A stretch of 63,970 bases of DNA, filler included. It is 4 parts of 4 records of this genome, joined end to end, with 100 filler letters (N's around TTAATTAATTAA, not from the genome) between each part and the next. Parts side by side here need not be neighbours in the genome. Positions count along the whole stretch, not along the records: positions 36,976 to 51,076 come from SRR20825006_49; 3 more parts are not named here. The stretch is one strand, 5' to 3'. The notes under the pieces are model-generated. The model did no database searches. It was given only the letters and a program-made list of their open reading frames with translations, and was not told the origin of the DNA. Of this stretch, positions 38,906 to 50,137 are shown in pieces. A program made the position numbers and the translations under genes. Numbering within the stretch: the first letter of the stretch is position 1; each line of letters begins with the position of its first letter.

Positions 38906-39469
38906 ATGGCACGTAAAAAGCAATACATAGAAGAAGAAGTAATCAATAAAGCCATGAACCTCTTCTGGCGAAATGGCTACGAGAATACTTCTATGCAGAT
39001 GCTGGAAAAAGAAATGGGTATCAACAAGTTTTCAATGTATGCCAGCTTTGGTAACAAAGAAGGGATCTTCCTTGAAAGCTTAAAGTGCTACAAAACGAAA
39101 GTTAATGCCATCTTTAATAAATTTAAAAACGCAACCGAGGGTGTAAACGACATCAAACAGTTTTTTTACGATTCCGTAGCGCTATGCCTTCAACAAGACA
39201 ACGAAAAAGGCTGCCTTGTTACAAATACATACTACGAGTTTTCAGAATCTGATAACCCCTTAGTAAAAGAACAAATGAACACCTTTATGAATAACCTAAA
39301 GTCCTTGTTTATTGAAAAACTTAAAATGGATCCTAACAAGAACGAAGAGACAATCCTAAAGCAAGCTAACTATTTAGTCCTTGCAAAACACGGCCTTGCC
39401 GCCGCTACTAAAGTTAATAGCCAGCAAGAAATAGAAGATTACATCGAAATGACGTTTAATAACTTGTAA
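38906..39469 (+). CDS. TetR/AcrR-family regulator (NemR/ComR-like)
   Basis: A..LFWRNGYE.TS...L...MGI...S.Y..FGNKE; GCL..N. Confidence 0.9.
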   Translation: MARKKQYIEEEVINKAMNLFWRNGYENTSMQMLEKEMGINKFSMYASFGNKEGIFLESLKCYKTKVNAIFNKFKNATEGVNDIKQFFYDSVALCLQQDNEKGCLVTNTYYEFSESDNPLVKEQMNTFMNNLKSLFIEKLKMDPNKNEETILKQANYLVLAKHGLAAATKVNSQQEIEDYIEMTFNNL

Positions 39470-39489
39470 AACCTTTTTTTAAGCAATAA

Positions 39490-39505
39490 CTAACCGATTG
39501 TTTAG
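39490..39505. promoter_or_regulatory. TetR operator candidate 2
   Basis: CTAACCGATTGTTTAG, 15/16 identical to 38868-38883. Confidence 0.7.
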
Positions 39506-39599
39506 ATATATTGTAATGATAACCAAATAATCACACATGATACTCAACATAAATAAGTAAAATCAAAATAGTAATAACAGAAATTTAAAAACAATAAAT

Positions 39600-40160
39600 A
39601 TGACAACATTAAAAGTTCATTCAATTGAAACAGCCCCAGAAGGAAGTAAAGCACTCTTAGAGCAATCACAAAAAACAAATGGCATGATTCCAGGCCTACA
39701 TGGTGTGCTAGCAGGTACTCCCGGGCTTCTAGAAGCGTACCAAACCATTCATAAGCTATTCACAAACACTTCTTTCAATGAAGAGGAGCTAACTGTAGTT
39801 TGGCAAACCATAAATGTAGAACACGCATGTCATTATTGCGTTCCCGCACATACGGCAATAGCAAAAATGATGAAGGTAGACGATGCCATAACGGAAGCAC
39901 TACGCAACGAAACCCCGCTAGAGAACCCAAAACTAGAGGCATTGCGTACCATGACCTTGCTAATTACACGCAACCGTGGGCATGTGTCTCAAAAGGAGTT
40001 GGATGCCTTTTATAGTGCAGGGTATACTGAAACCCAAGTGCTGGAAATCATCCTCGGAATCTCGCAAAAAGTAATCAGTAATTACACAAACCATATTGCG
40101 AATACTCCAGTTGATGCACCCTTCCAAAAATTTGCTTGGTCGAAAGCAAATGCGAAGTAA
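39600..40160 (+). CDS. AhpD/carboxymuconolactone-decarboxylase-family alkylhydroperoxidase
   Basis: CHYCVPAH (CxxC..H), SNYTNH. Confidence 0.85.
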   Translation: MTTLKVHSIETAPEGSKALLEQSQKTNGMIPGLHGVLAGTPGLLEAYQTIHKLFTNTSFNEEELTVVWQTINVEHACHYCVPAHTAIAKMMKVDDAITEALRNETPLENPKLEALRTMTLLITRNRGHVSQKELDAFYSAGYTETQVLEIILGISQKVISNYTNHIANTPVDAPFQKFAWSKANAK

Positions 40161-40231
40161 TAATCACAAATTTTAATTAAAACCAATATGCCTGCTGCAT
40201 CATATAAAGCAGGTTTATTAACTTTGAACAG

Positions 40232-40888
40232 ATGAAAGAGAAATTAAAAATAGATATCGTTTCAGATGTTGTATGCCCTTGGTGTACCATTGGATACAAA
40301 CGCCTGAATAAAGCAATTACAGAGCTCAACCTTCAAGATCAAATAGAGATTGAATGGCAACCTTTCGAGCTAAATCCAAATATGCCCGCCGAAGGTCAGA
40401 ATCTTCAAGAGCATATTCTAGAAAAATACGGTTCTACTGTTGAACAATATAAAGCCTCGCAGAAAGCAATGGCAGACGCTGGCGCCGAGCTAGACTTTAC
40501 CTTCAATTATTCTGACGCCATGCGGATAGTAAACACCTTCGATGCACATATCTTATTGGAATATGCGAAAAACTTCAACAAACAAACCGAATTAAAAATG
40601 CGCTTAACAACCGCTTTCTTTAGTGAACAGAAAGATGTGTCCAAACGCGAGGTTTTAAAAGAAGCCTTACTTGATGTAGGGCTCAATGCAGACGAAGCCC
40701 TAGCCAAATTAGAGGATACAGACGCGCGTAACCAGATTAAAAGCAAAGAGGGATACTGGCAAGACATGGGTGTTAGCTCTGTTCCCACAATTGTTTTTAA
40801 TAGAACAAGCGCTGTTACTGGTGCTCAACCCGTAGATGTGTTTAAAAAGGTGCTTACAGATATGATGGCATCCACCAACGTAGAATAA
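40232..40888 (+). CDS. DsbA-family (FrnE-like) oxidoreductase
   Basis: SDVVCPWC, PFELNP, GV..VP, GAQP. Confidence 0.9.
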   Translation: MKEKLKIDIVSDVVCPWCTIGYKRLNKAITELNLQDQIEIEWQPFELNPNMPAEGQNLQEHILEKYGSTVEQYKASQKAMADAGAELDFTFNYSDAMRIVNTFDAHILLEYAKNFNKQTELKMRLTTAFFSEQKDVSKREVLKEALLDVGLNADEALAKLEDTDARNQIKSKEGYWQDMGVSSVPTIVFNRTSAVTGAQPVDVFKKVLTDMMASTNVE

Positions 40889-40906
40889 CGTAACTACTCG
40901 CATAAC

Positions 40907-40954
40907 AATCCCGAAGCAATTGAAATTAGTTTTCACCGCTTCGGGATTTTTTTT
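40907..40954 (+). terminator. Intrinsic terminator
   Basis: AATCCCGAAGC...GCTTCGGGATT followed by a T-run. Confidence 0.75.
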
Positions 40955-41017
40955 AAATTCTATTAGCTAAATTTGAAGCTTAAACCTACTTACAACTCTC
41001 ACATAAGTTATAATACA

Positions 41018-42142
41018 ATGATCAAGTCGCTACCTATCTATATCCTTTTCGCTAGCTGCATCCTTAGTTCATGCGCTAAAAAAAATTTTAGAGATATCTC
41101 AGAGATATTAGAAATTGAATTGGAAACTGTAACCGATATCCCTCAAAACAACTCTGAATTTATTAACACCGCAACAAATAAACCAGTCACTGTTTTGCAT
41201 TCACTCCAAAACACAGGGTTTCATTTCTACAACAGTGTTGTTTTTAGCAATCACAATACCGGTGTGCTTGTAGGCGGAACAGGACTTAGACTCAGGGTTA
41301 CAACCAACGGCGGCAGTACTTGGAATCAATACAGCTTCTCAAGGTTTGCTAACGCCTTCCACGATGCCACCTTCATCAACAATACACTTTTTGTTGTTGG
41401 TGAAAGTGAATTCATCTTTAAAACTACCGACTTTGGTAAAACATGGAGTGTTTTTAATATGAAACAGTTGTATACAAGCAATAGCATCGCACAGTTTAAA
41501 GCCTACAAAATAAAATTCATAAACAATAAAATAGGGTTTTGTGCAGGTGAATTAAATGGAAACTCCATCCTCCTAAAAACTACCAACGCAGGAGAAGATT
41601 GGCAGGTGGTAGATGTAAATCAAATAAACAACAATGCTATTACAGACCTAACATTAATAAACAATCAAGAGATAAATATTGTTACTAGACTAGGGGAGTG
41701 CTATAAATCTACCAACCAAGGAGAAACTTGGCAGCTTCTTTATTCCAGCCCAGACCTATCACTAAATGCCATTGACTTCAAAGATGCTAATACAGGCATT
41801 ATTGGTGGGGAACGTAACCATTTAGCATATACCGAAGACGCTGGAAAAAACTGGAGAACCATAATGCTTCCTGCTTCCGCCGCAAATAGTACTATAACCG
41901 ACATAAAGTTTGCTAACAATAAAATACTCCTTACCACCGCAAAGTCTTTTCAATCGGAAGAAAGAAATGAGTTTGTTTATCTTCTAAATGAAAACACTAC
42001 AAAGTGCAATCCTTTCATTACCAAAACAGACAGCACTGTAACCTTTATTGGAGATTCACATAGTATAGACGTACATAGTGATGTAGTCTACACACTTGAT
42101 AGAAATAACCTCTATAAAACTGATTTATCCGAGATTAATTAA
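41018..42142 (+). CDS. YCF48/BNR-repeat beta-propeller lipoprotein
   Basis: Lipobox LSSC; TTNGGSTW, TTDFGKTW, TTNAGEDW, STNQGETW, TEDAGKNW. Confidence 0.8.
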   Translation: MIKSLPIYILFASCILSSCAKKNFRDISEILEIELETVTDIPQNNSEFINTATNKPVTVLHSLQNTGFHFYNSVVFSNHNTGVLVGGTGLRLRVTTNGGSTWNQYSFSRFANAFHDATFINNTLFVVGESEFIFKTTDFGKTWSVFNMKQLYTSNSIAQFKAYKIKFINNKIGFCAGELNGNSILLKTTNAGEDWQVVDVNQINNNAITDLTLINNQEINIVTRLGECYKSTNQGETWQLLYSSPDLSLNAIDFKDANTGIIGGERNHLAYTEDAGKNWRTIMLPASAANSTITDIKFANNKILLTTAKSFQSEERNEFVYLLNENTTKCNPFITKTDSTVTFIGDSHSIDVHSDVVYTLDRNNLYKTDLSEIN

Positions 42143-42379
42143 AGTAGTACTTCAATAAAGTTAACCATCCTTTACAATTATAAAGAAAGCTTTTACTAAC
42201 AGCTTACATAGCTTAAGTTTTTAGTGGTAAGTACTTAAATCAATTAAGCTACGTTTTATAATAGTTTAAAATCCTAAAAGCTCCTATAGGTTTCTAGCTA
42301 ATTAGTATGCATATCCCTTGTTTGTAATCCAGAATGCAAGCGAATCTAATATGCTTTATTCTAAATTTAAGCCATACCT

Positions 42380-43129
42380 ATGAATCTCACTAAAATATCT
42401 TTCTTCTTGTTTTTTGGTACTTCCCAGCTCTTTTGTCAAAACACAAAGCTAGATTCACTTAAAACCTCCAATACCTATAAGTTTAAATACGAAGCACTGG
42501 TTATTCCCACTGTCTTAATAGGATATGGCATCATAGGTCTTGAAAGTCATACCCTCCAATTCATTAATGCAAACACCAAAGAAGAAATAATTGAGAACAT
42601 TGACGCTAAATTCACAATTGATGACTTCTCGCAGTACGCTCCTTTTGCAGCAGTCTACAGCTTAAACGCTTTAGGAATAGATGGGAAAAATAACTTTAAG
42701 GATAGAACGATAATCTTTGGAACAGCCTATCTTATTATGGGTGTTACCGTAAACTCTGTAAAAGCAACTGGAAATGTGGAAAGACCAGACGGGTCTTCCA
42801 AAAACTCTTTCCCGTCTGGTCATACCGCAACCGCGTTTATGGGTGCCGAGTTTCTGTTTCAAGAATATAAAGATGTGTCACTATGGTATGGAATCTCAGG
42901 ATACCTTGTCGCATCTGGAACAGGCCTCTTCAGAATGTTTAATAACAAACACTGGCTTACAGATGTTGCCGCAGGGGCAGGTATAGGCATATTAAGTACA
43001 AAAATAGCCTATTGGATGCATCCCTTAATTAAAAGAACTTTCTTTAATACGAGTGAAACCAATAGCGCACTGCTTATTCCTTTCTATAATGGCAGTGAAT
43101 ATGGTATAATTGCAGCTATAAGGTTTTAA
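42380..43129 (+). CDS. PAP2-family phosphatase
   Basis: K......RP, SFPSGH, R....KHW..D. Confidence 0.88.
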   Translation: MNLTKISFFLFFGTSQLFCQNTKLDSLKTSNTYKFKYEALVIPTVLIGYGIIGLESHTLQFINANTKEEIIENIDAKFTIDDFSQYAPFAAVYSLNALGIDGKNNFKDRTIIFGTAYLIMGVTVNSVKATGNVERPDGSSKNSFPSGHTATAFMGAEFLFQEYKDVSLWYGISGYLVASGTGLFRMFNNKHWLTDVAAGAGIGILSTKIAYWMHPLIKRTFFNTSETNSALLIPFYNGSEYGIIAAIRF

Positions 43130-43336
43130 AAGCTTCTGTGATACTCGTGAATAATCCCAAGTAGCATCACAATACACGCATCTCCCAGCTGGTTATACAG
43201 TCCAGCCTTCTATTTAGTTTTTATTTGCTATTTTTAAGTGCTTAACCATAACACGCTATCTTGAAAATTATTCAGCTTACAGCAACTATATTTTTATACA
43301 AGAACCCTATAAAACTAGAATAGTAAAACCCCATCC

Positions 43337-43756
43337 ATGATTTTAGCTAGTATTGTAAGTAGCATACTCTTCGCATTAGGATTAATTCATTTTAATTGGG
43401 TGCTAGGTGGTACCTTTGGTTATGTAGCAGCACTCCCAACCAATGAAAGCGGAGAAAGAGTCTTGAATCCCAAAAAAATAGATAGCGCAATTGTAGCAAT
43501 AGGTTTAATAGCCTTTGGCATGTTTTATATATTTAAAACTGGTCTCATACAGAGCAACCTCCCATTATGGTTACTAAAATACGGGGGGTGGATAATTCCA
43601 GCAATATTCCTGTTACGCGCTATAGGAGACTTTAAGTACGTGGGTTTCTTTAAAAAAATAAAGAGTACACCCTTCGGAAAAATGGACACCAAACTATTTT
43701 CTCCCTTATGTTTGTTAATTGGAACATTAGGGTTGTTAATTCAGTTTATATATTAA
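43337..43756 (+). CDS. DUF3995-like membrane protein
   Basis: HF.W..GG, RAIGDF.YVG.FK, F...DT..FSPLCL. Confidence 0.7.
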   Translation: MILASIVSSILFALGLIHFNWVLGGTFGYVAALPTNESGERVLNPKKIDSAIVAIGLIAFGMFYIFKTGLIQSNLPLWLLKYGGWIIPAIFLLRAIGDFKYVGFFKKIKSTPFGKMDTKLFSPLCLLIGTLGLLIQFIY

Positions 43757-44032
43757 ACACCTATTGCTATCGGTATCGTGTTATTAATGAAGCTATTCCA
43801 AATATTCCTACCATTTTATATACTATTAAAAACCGTCTTTTATGAACGATATAGCATGTATAAAATAGTCAATAACTAACTTTGTTATAGTAGATGATAT
43901 AAGTGATATAACGGTATTGTATAAAATGATTTATAAAGATATTTGTGTTAACAACAAAGATTTTCGCAATAACTCATAAATGAAAAGAAAATAGTAACCT
44001 AGTATTTGTAATCTGAAAAAAGAATAAAGACA

Positions 44033-44383
44033 ATGGAGAAACATAGAATCTATACAATGACCTTCGCAAGTGTATATCCTCATTACATAACGAAGGCTGA
44101 GAAGAAAAATAGAACGAAAGCTGAGGTAGATATTATTATTTGTTGGCTTACAGGCTATAATCAAGAGCAGTTAAACGCGCAAATAGAAACTAAAACTAAT
44201 TTTGAAACCTTCTTTGATGAAGCACCACAACTTAATAAGAACGTTTCTAAGATTACAGGTGTTATTTGCGGCTATCGCGTAGAAGATATTGAAGATAAAC
44301 TTATGCAAAAAGTACGCTACTTAGATAAACTAATTGATGAACTCGCGAAAGGCAAAGCAATGGAGAAAATTTTACGAAGCTAA
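44033..44383 (+). CDS. DUF2200-family protein
   Basis: FASVYP.Y..K.EKK.RT, WLTGY, ICG.RVE, RYLDKL.DELAKGK. Confidence 0.85.
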   Translation: MEKHRIYTMTFASVYPHYITKAEKKNRTKAEVDIIICWLTGYNQEQLNAQIETKTNFETFFDEAPQLNKNVSKITGVICGYRVEDIEDKLMQKVRYLDKLIDELAKGKAMEKILRS

Positions 44384-44710
<327 letters not shown>

Positions 44711-44787
44711 ACAAATACAACCTCACATTCCTGCATTCCTAATCATTTATTCCTAACACCAATCCTTAATAGCTATGTACTAGCCCC

Positions 44788-45261
44788 TCATCGATGATGA
44801 TACGGTTCATTACGAAGTATAGTATACCCTCTATACAGTTGTTCAATAAAAAATAACCGAACCATTTGGTGAGAAAACGTCATTGACGAAAGGGAAACCT
44901 TCCCATTAGCGCGTCCATACACAGCATCACTAAAGCCATAAGGCCCACCAATTACGAAAATTAAATTCTTAATCCCGCTATTCATTTTCTTCTGAAGAAA
45001 TTCTGAAAACCCTTCGGAAGTAAATGTTTTCCCCTTTTCATCAAGAAGTATTAATACATCGGCAGTAGTTGTACGTTTCAGTATTTCTTCCCCCTCAGCT
45101 TGCTTTTGAAGTGCTTCCGATAAGTTTTTGGCGTTTTTTACATCAGGAATCACATCCATATTAAAAGGAACATAAAACCCCAAACGTTTGGTGTAATCAT
45201 CCATTAAGGTCTGTAGCTGTTTATTATCCGTTTTTCCTATTGCAAGTAGTGTAATTTTCAT
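44788..45261 (-). CDS. rlmH: 23S rRNA pseudouridine-1915 N3-methyltransferase
   Basis: LDEKG, FVIGG.YG, SLS.MTFSHQMVR..FIEQLYR, PYHH. Confidence 0.95.
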   Translation of the reverse strand: MKITLLAIGKTDNKQLQTLMDDYTKRLGFYVPFNMDVIPDVKNAKNLSEALQKQAEGEEILKRTTTADVLILLDEKGKTFTSEGFSEFLQKKMNSGIKNLIFVIGGPYGFSDAVYGRANGKVSLSSMTFSHQMVRLFFIEQLYRGYTILRNEPYHHR

Positions 45262-45367
45262 GTTTCAAAAGTAAGAGATTTTAAAGTTTTTACATAACTG
45301 TCAGGATTACCATCTATTATTCGAGACTGACGAGTCTTTTTATTATTTTAGCTAAAAATTCCTTGTA

Positions 45368-46225
45368 ATGATTTCAGAAAAGCAATTCAATAAAGAGATA
45401 GCCATTATTATAGCAAACGCAATCCGAGAAGATATTGGTGATGGCGACCATAGTTCGCTGGCATGCATACCTGAAGATGCAAAAGGCACCGCAAAACTCT
45501 TGGTGAAAGATGAAGGTATTATAGCAGGAGTAGAGTTTGCCCGTCAAGTCTTTGAGTATGTTGATCCAGGACTACAATTAGATATAAAAATACATGACGG
45601 ATCTCCTGTTAAGTATGGCGATGTTTGTTTTTACGTTACTGGGCTTTCGCAATCCATTCTAAAATCAGAGCGATTGGTGCTTAATGCCATGCAACGTATG
45701 AGTGCTATTGCTACTAAAACAAACGAGTTTGTAAAACTTTTAGAAGGTACAAATACAAAGATTCTAGATACCCGTAAAACCACTCCCGGAATCCGCGCAC
45801 TCGAAAAATGGGCTGTAAAAATAGGAGGCGGGGAGAACCATCGCTTTGCTTTATATGATATGGTGATGCTAAAAGACAATCATATCGATTTTTGCGGTGG
45901 AATAACAAAAGCTATAGAAAAGACTAAAGAATATCTAAAAAGTCATCACTTAGACCTTAAGATTATTGTGGAAGCCAGAAACCTAACAGAAATAGAAGAG
46001 GTTCTAAAAAACGATGGTGTATATAGAATTCTTATCGATAACTTTAATTATGAAGATACTAAAACGGCGGTAAAGCTTATTAATGGTAAGTGCCTAACAG
46101 AATCTAGTGGTGGAATCACTTTAGATACCATACGTGCTTATGCCGAATGTGGTGTAGACTATATATCTAGTGGCGCTTTGACGCATTCAGTTTATAATAT
46201 GGATTTAAGCCTAAAAGCTGTTTAA
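45368..46225 (+). CDS. nadC: Quinolinate phosphoribosyltransferase
   Basis: ER..LN, LDTRKTTPG, NHR, KDNH, SG.LTHS. Confidence 0.95.
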   Translation: MISEKQFNKEIAIIIANAIREDIGDGDHSSLACIPEDAKGTAKLLVKDEGIIAGVEFARQVFEYVDPGLQLDIKIHDGSPVKYGDVCFYVTGLSQSILKSERLVLNAMQRMSAIATKTNEFVKLLEGTNTKILDTRKTTPGIRALEKWAVKIGGGENHRFALYDMVMLKDNHIDFCGGITKAIEKTKEYLKSHHLDLKIIVEARNLTEIEEVLKNDGVYRILIDNFNYEDTKTAVKLINGKCLTESSGGITLDTIRAYAECGVDYISSGALTHSVYNMDLSLKAV

Positions 46226-47151
46226 TGAAAGAAGAGGAAGAAAAGGAAATCAATATCCCCGTTATTCGGGAATTAATACGGTTTAGTAAGAAAATTAAGC
46301 TCCCTGGTATGGGCGAGCTCTCCTTATACCATTTACTTGAAATATATGGTACTGGAATCTTAAAAGGATCTTTCTCACCTCGTGCTAGCTCTATTGCATA
46401 TAGTTTTTTTCTAGCCCTTTTTCCGTTTCTACTGTTTCTATTAAACCTAATACCATACATCCCTATAGATGGCTTTCAAACAAGGTTTCTAATATTTATT
46501 GAAGCTTTATTACCAGCACAAACAACTCAATTTTTCTACCCAATTATTGCGGATATTGCTGTAAACCCAAGGGCAGGATTAATTTCTTTTGTGTTTTTTC
46601 TATCCATATTTTTATCTGCCAATGGTGTAAACGCTATTTTCGGTGCTTTTGAATATTCTTTTCATGTTACAATGAACCGAAGCTTCTTTAGACAATATTT
46701 TGTAGCATTAGTAATTTCTATTTTATTGGCATTGTTATTGTTAACTTCTGTAGGGGTAATCCTTTATGGTGAATACATAATACGGGACCTTCAATCCAGA
46801 GCGTATATTCAAAATGACCTTTTCTGGATTTCGTTCTTTCAGTTTGTTGTCTTTATCATAATGATATATGTGGTGATTGCCACACTGTATTACTACGGAA
46901 CAAAGGAGGGAAAAGCATCCCACTTCTTTTCAATAGGGGCAATAACAACGACAATACTTTTTGTATTAACAACATACTTTTTTGGTGTTTATATAAATAA
47001 CTTTTCAAATTATAACGAGTTATATGGTTCCATTGGTGCTCTTTTAATTTTGATGTTATATATTTGGATAAACGCAAACCTTTTGTTGCTAGGTTTTGAA
47101 CTTAATGTCTCTATAAGGCGACTAAAAGAAAAAATTAACAAGAAAAATTAA
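46225..47151 (+). CDS. YihY/virulence factor BrkB-family membrane protein
   Basis: A..FF.A.FP, Y..LYGSIG, W....A..LL.G.ELN. Confidence 0.88.
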   Translation: MKEEEEKEINIPVIRELIRFSKKIKLPGMGELSLYHLLEIYGTGILKGSFSPRASSIAYSFFLALFPFLLFLLNLIPYIPIDGFQTRFLIFIEALLPAQTTQFFYPIIADIAVNPRAGLISFVFFLSIFLSANGVNAIFGAFEYSFHVTMNRSFFRQYFVALVISILLALLLLTSVGVILYGEYIIRDLQSRAYIQNDLFWISFFQFVVFIIMIYVVIATLYYYGTKEGKASHFFSIGAITTTILFVLTTYFFGVYINNFSNYNELYGSIGALLILMLYIWINANLLLLGFELNVSIRRLKEKINKKN

Positions 47152-47162
47152 TATATTAAATT

Positions 47163-47591
47163 ATGAAAAAACTATTTTTAAGTATCTCCCTAATTGCTTT
47201 AACTGTAATGACCGCAGTTGCACAAGACGTAACCGGAAAGTGGAAAACTATTGATGATGAAACAGGAGAAGCAAAATCTGTTGTAGAAATCTATAAGCAA
47301 AATGGTAAAGTTTTTGGTAAAGTTGTTGAAATTTTTGACGCTTCAAAAAGAGACCTAACATGCGTTGCCTGCTCTGGAAGTGATAAAAATCAACCTATCT
47401 TAGGTCTTGTAATTATTAAAAACCTAGAAAAAGATGGTGACGAATATAATGACGGTACTATTACAGACCCGAACAATGGTAAGGTGTATAAATGCTATAT
47501 AGAGTTAGATGGTGCTAATAAGTTAAATGTGCGTGGTTATATAGGTTTCTCACTTTTAGGAAGAACACAAACCTGGGAACGTATTAAATAA
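47163..47591 (+). CDS. DUF2147-domain exported protein
   Basis: GKWKTIDD, G.I.DP..GK.Y, RGYIG..LLGRTQTW. Confidence 0.88.
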   Translation: MKKLFLSISLIALTVMTAVAQDVTGKWKTIDDETGEAKSVVEIYKQNGKVFGKVVEIFDASKRDLTCVACSGSDKNQPILGLVIIKNLEKDGDEYNDGTITDPNNGKVYKCYIELDGANKLNVRGYIGFSLLGRTQTWERIK

Positions 47592-47613
47592 AATTTTTAA
47601 AAATGATAACTTT

Positions 47614-47640
47614 AGGCTACCATTCGTGGTGGCCTTTTTT
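47614..47640 (+). terminator. Intrinsic terminator
   Basis: AGGCTACCA-TTCG-TGGTGGCCT followed by a T-run. Confidence 0.75.
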
Positions 47641-47686
47641 ATAGTATTTTCAGAATCCTTTTTACCAATAATTCAATATACTTCAC

Positions 47687-50137
47687 TTGTATTTTATAGA
47701 CGTCATACTTCCCATTCCTTTAAAGCAAGCCTTTACGTATAGCGTGAACAAGGACGAAGCGGCATTTCTAAAACCAGGAATGCGCGTTGCAATCCCCTTC
47801 GGGAAGTCAAAAGTTTATACAGGAATTGTATACCAAGTTCATAACCAAGCTCCAGTGGGTTATGAAACAAAATCCATCGACTACATTCTTGATGAAACCC
47901 CAATAATTACAAGCTTCCAGTTAAAACATTGGGAGTGGCTTGCAGCTTACTATATGTGTTCTTTAGGCGAAGTAATAAAAGCCGCGTTACCCAGTGCATA
48001 CTTATTAGAAAGTGAAACAATAATTAAACTTTCTGCGGAAAACTTTCAAGATGAAACAGCTTTATCTGATGAAGAATTTTTGTTATATGAAGCCCTACAA
48101 CATCAATCATCGCTACATATTAATGACGCACGCTCCATATTAGATAAGAAGAACATAGTTTCTATAATTCAAAAGTTATTACAAAAAAACATCATTGAAG
48201 TTGAAGAGAAAATTTATGAGCAATACGTACCAAAGCTTAAACGCTATATAAAACTCGCCCCAGCATATACTTCCGAAGAAAACCTCCGTGAGTTATTAGA
48301 CTCCCTCAGTCGTGCAAGAAAACAACGCGAAGTACTCATGCACCTCTTTATGTTGAATTCGCAAACCAAAAAACCTATTAGTGCAAGTGTGCTTCAAAAG
48401 AAAAGCGAAGCTTCCGCAGCAACTATAAAATCACTTGTTACCAAAGGCATTTTAGAAGTCTATTTTATTCAGGAAGATCGCATTGGTTTTTCAGGTGAAG
48501 CTGCTACAGAAATCAAAACACTAAACGAAGCGCAAACAACTGCTTTCAATGAAATAAAAACTTCTTTTGAAAGCAATGATGTTGTGTTATTGCACGGCGT
48601 AACTTCAAGTGGAAAAACCGAAATTTATGTGCGTCTTATTGAAGAAGTAATTGCATCGGGAAAACAAGTATTATATATGCTTCCCGAAATTGCTTTGACA
48701 ACGCAACTTATTGGCAGATTACAGAAATATTTTGGCGAAAAGATTTCGGTGTATCATTCTAAGTTTTCTGTTAATGAACGTGTTGAGGTGTGGAACAATG
48801 TACTTGCTGAAAAACCAAAAGCACAGCTTATTATAGGTGCGCGTTCCTCTTTATTTCTTCCTTTTAAAAATGTAGGTCTTATTATTGTGGATGAAGAACA
48901 TGAGCCTTCTTTCAAACAATACAGCCCTGCACCACGCTACAATGCACGGGATAGCGCCATAGTATTAGCGAACTTCCATACATCAAAATTATTGATGGGT
49001 TCAGCGACACCTTCTTTGGAAAGTTATCATAATGCAAAAACAGGAAAGTACGGTTTAGTTACTTTAAAAAAACGCTTCGGAAATGTTTTAATGCCAACAA
49101 TTGAGTTGGTAGATATTAAAGAGAAGACACGTAAAAAAGAAATGACTGGTCATTTTAGCGATCGTTTGCTTGAAGAAATGCGTGAAGTATTAAACAATGG
49201 AGAACAAGTGATTTTGTTTCAAAACAGAAGAGGTTTCTCCCCGGTTGTAGAATGTACAACTTGTGGAACCTCACCACAATGTCCTAACTGTGATGTAAGC
49301 TTAACTTTTCATCAGTATAAAAATCAACTGCGTTGCCATTACTGTGGTTATAATATGGCTATGATGCATAGCTGTATTGCTTGCGGTAGTGAAACTTTAG
49401 ACACCAAAGGTTTTGGAACAGAGCAAATAGAAACAGAGTTGAAATCGCTTTTTCCAAACCATAAAGTGGCGCGGATGGATCAAGATACAACCAAAGGAAA
49501 ACATTCCTATTCAAAATTAATTGAAGCTCTTGAAAATGAAGAAATAGATATATTGGTAGGTACACAAATGTTAGCCAAAGGTCTTGATTTTAGGAATATT
49601 AGTTTGGTTGGTGTAATGAATGCGGATAACTTATTAAATTTTCCAGATTTTAGAGCTCATGAACGTAGCTTTCAGCTGTTACAGCAAGTATCGGGTAGGG
49701 CAGGGCGAACCCAAAAACAAGGAAAGGTTTTAATACAAACCTATAATCCATATCATCAAATATTAAGGCAGGTAAGTGTTAACGATTTTGGGGCGATGTA
49801 TAAAGAACAATTGGATGAACGGTATAACTATAAGTATCCTCCATTTTATAGGACAATAAAAATTGTATTTAAAGACAAAAATTTAGCGCGAGCTCAAAAA
49901 GCTTCAGTTTGGTATGGACAAGCGTTGGAGTTGCAGTTTAAAGAAAACATATTAGGTCCCGAACCCCCACCGGTAGGAAGGATTAAAAATAAATATATAA
50001 TGAATCTGTTGGTAAAAATACCGAAGAATCAATCGTTAGAAAAAACAAAAAAATATATAGAAAACGTGCAACGTAGCTTTAATTCTATTAAAGAATTTTC
50101 AAGCGTTCGCGTTACAATAGATGTAGATAATTATTGA
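47687..50137 (+). CDS. priA: Primosomal protein N' (replication restart helicase)
   Basis: GVTSSGKTE, DEEH, SATPS, four CxxC motifs, QVSGRAGR. Confidence 0.96.
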   Translation: MYFIDVILPIPLKQAFTYSVNKDEAAFLKPGMRVAIPFGKSKVYTGIVYQVHNQAPVGYETKSIDYILDETPIITSFQLKHWEWLAAYYMCSLGEVIKAALPSAYLLESETIIKLSAENFQDETALSDEEFLLYEALQHQSSLHINDARSILDKKNIVSIIQKLLQKNIIEVEEKIYEQYVPKLKRYIKLAPAYTSEENLRELLDSLSRARKQREVLMHLFMLNSQTKKPISASVLQKKSEASAATIKSLVTKGILEVYFIQEDRIGFSGEAATEIKTLNEAQTTAFNEIKTSFESNDVVLLHGVTSSGKTEIYVRLIEEVIASGKQVLYMLPEIALTTQLIGRLQKYFGEKISVYHSKFSVNERVEVWNNVLAEKPKAQLIIGARSSLFLPFKNVGLIIVDEEHEPSFKQYSPAPRYNARDSAIVLANFHTSKLLMGSATPSLESYHNAKTGKYGLVTLKKRFGNVLMPTIELVDIKEKTRKKEMTGHFSDRLLEEMREVLNNGEQVILFQNRRGFSPVVECTTCGTSPQCPNCDVSLTFHQYKNQLRCHYCGYNMAMMHSCIACGSETLDTKGFGTEQIETELKSLFPNHKVARMDQDTTKGKHSYSKLIEALENEEIDILVGTQMLAKGLDFRNISLVGVMNADNLLNFPDFRAHERSFQLLQQVSGRAGRTQKQGKVLIQTYNPYHQILRQVSVNDFGAMYKEQLDERYNYKYPPFYRTIKIVFKDKNLARAQKASVWYGQALELQFKENILGPEPPPVGRIKNKYIMNLLVKIPKNQSLEKTKKYIENVQRSFNSIKEFSSVRVTIDVDNY

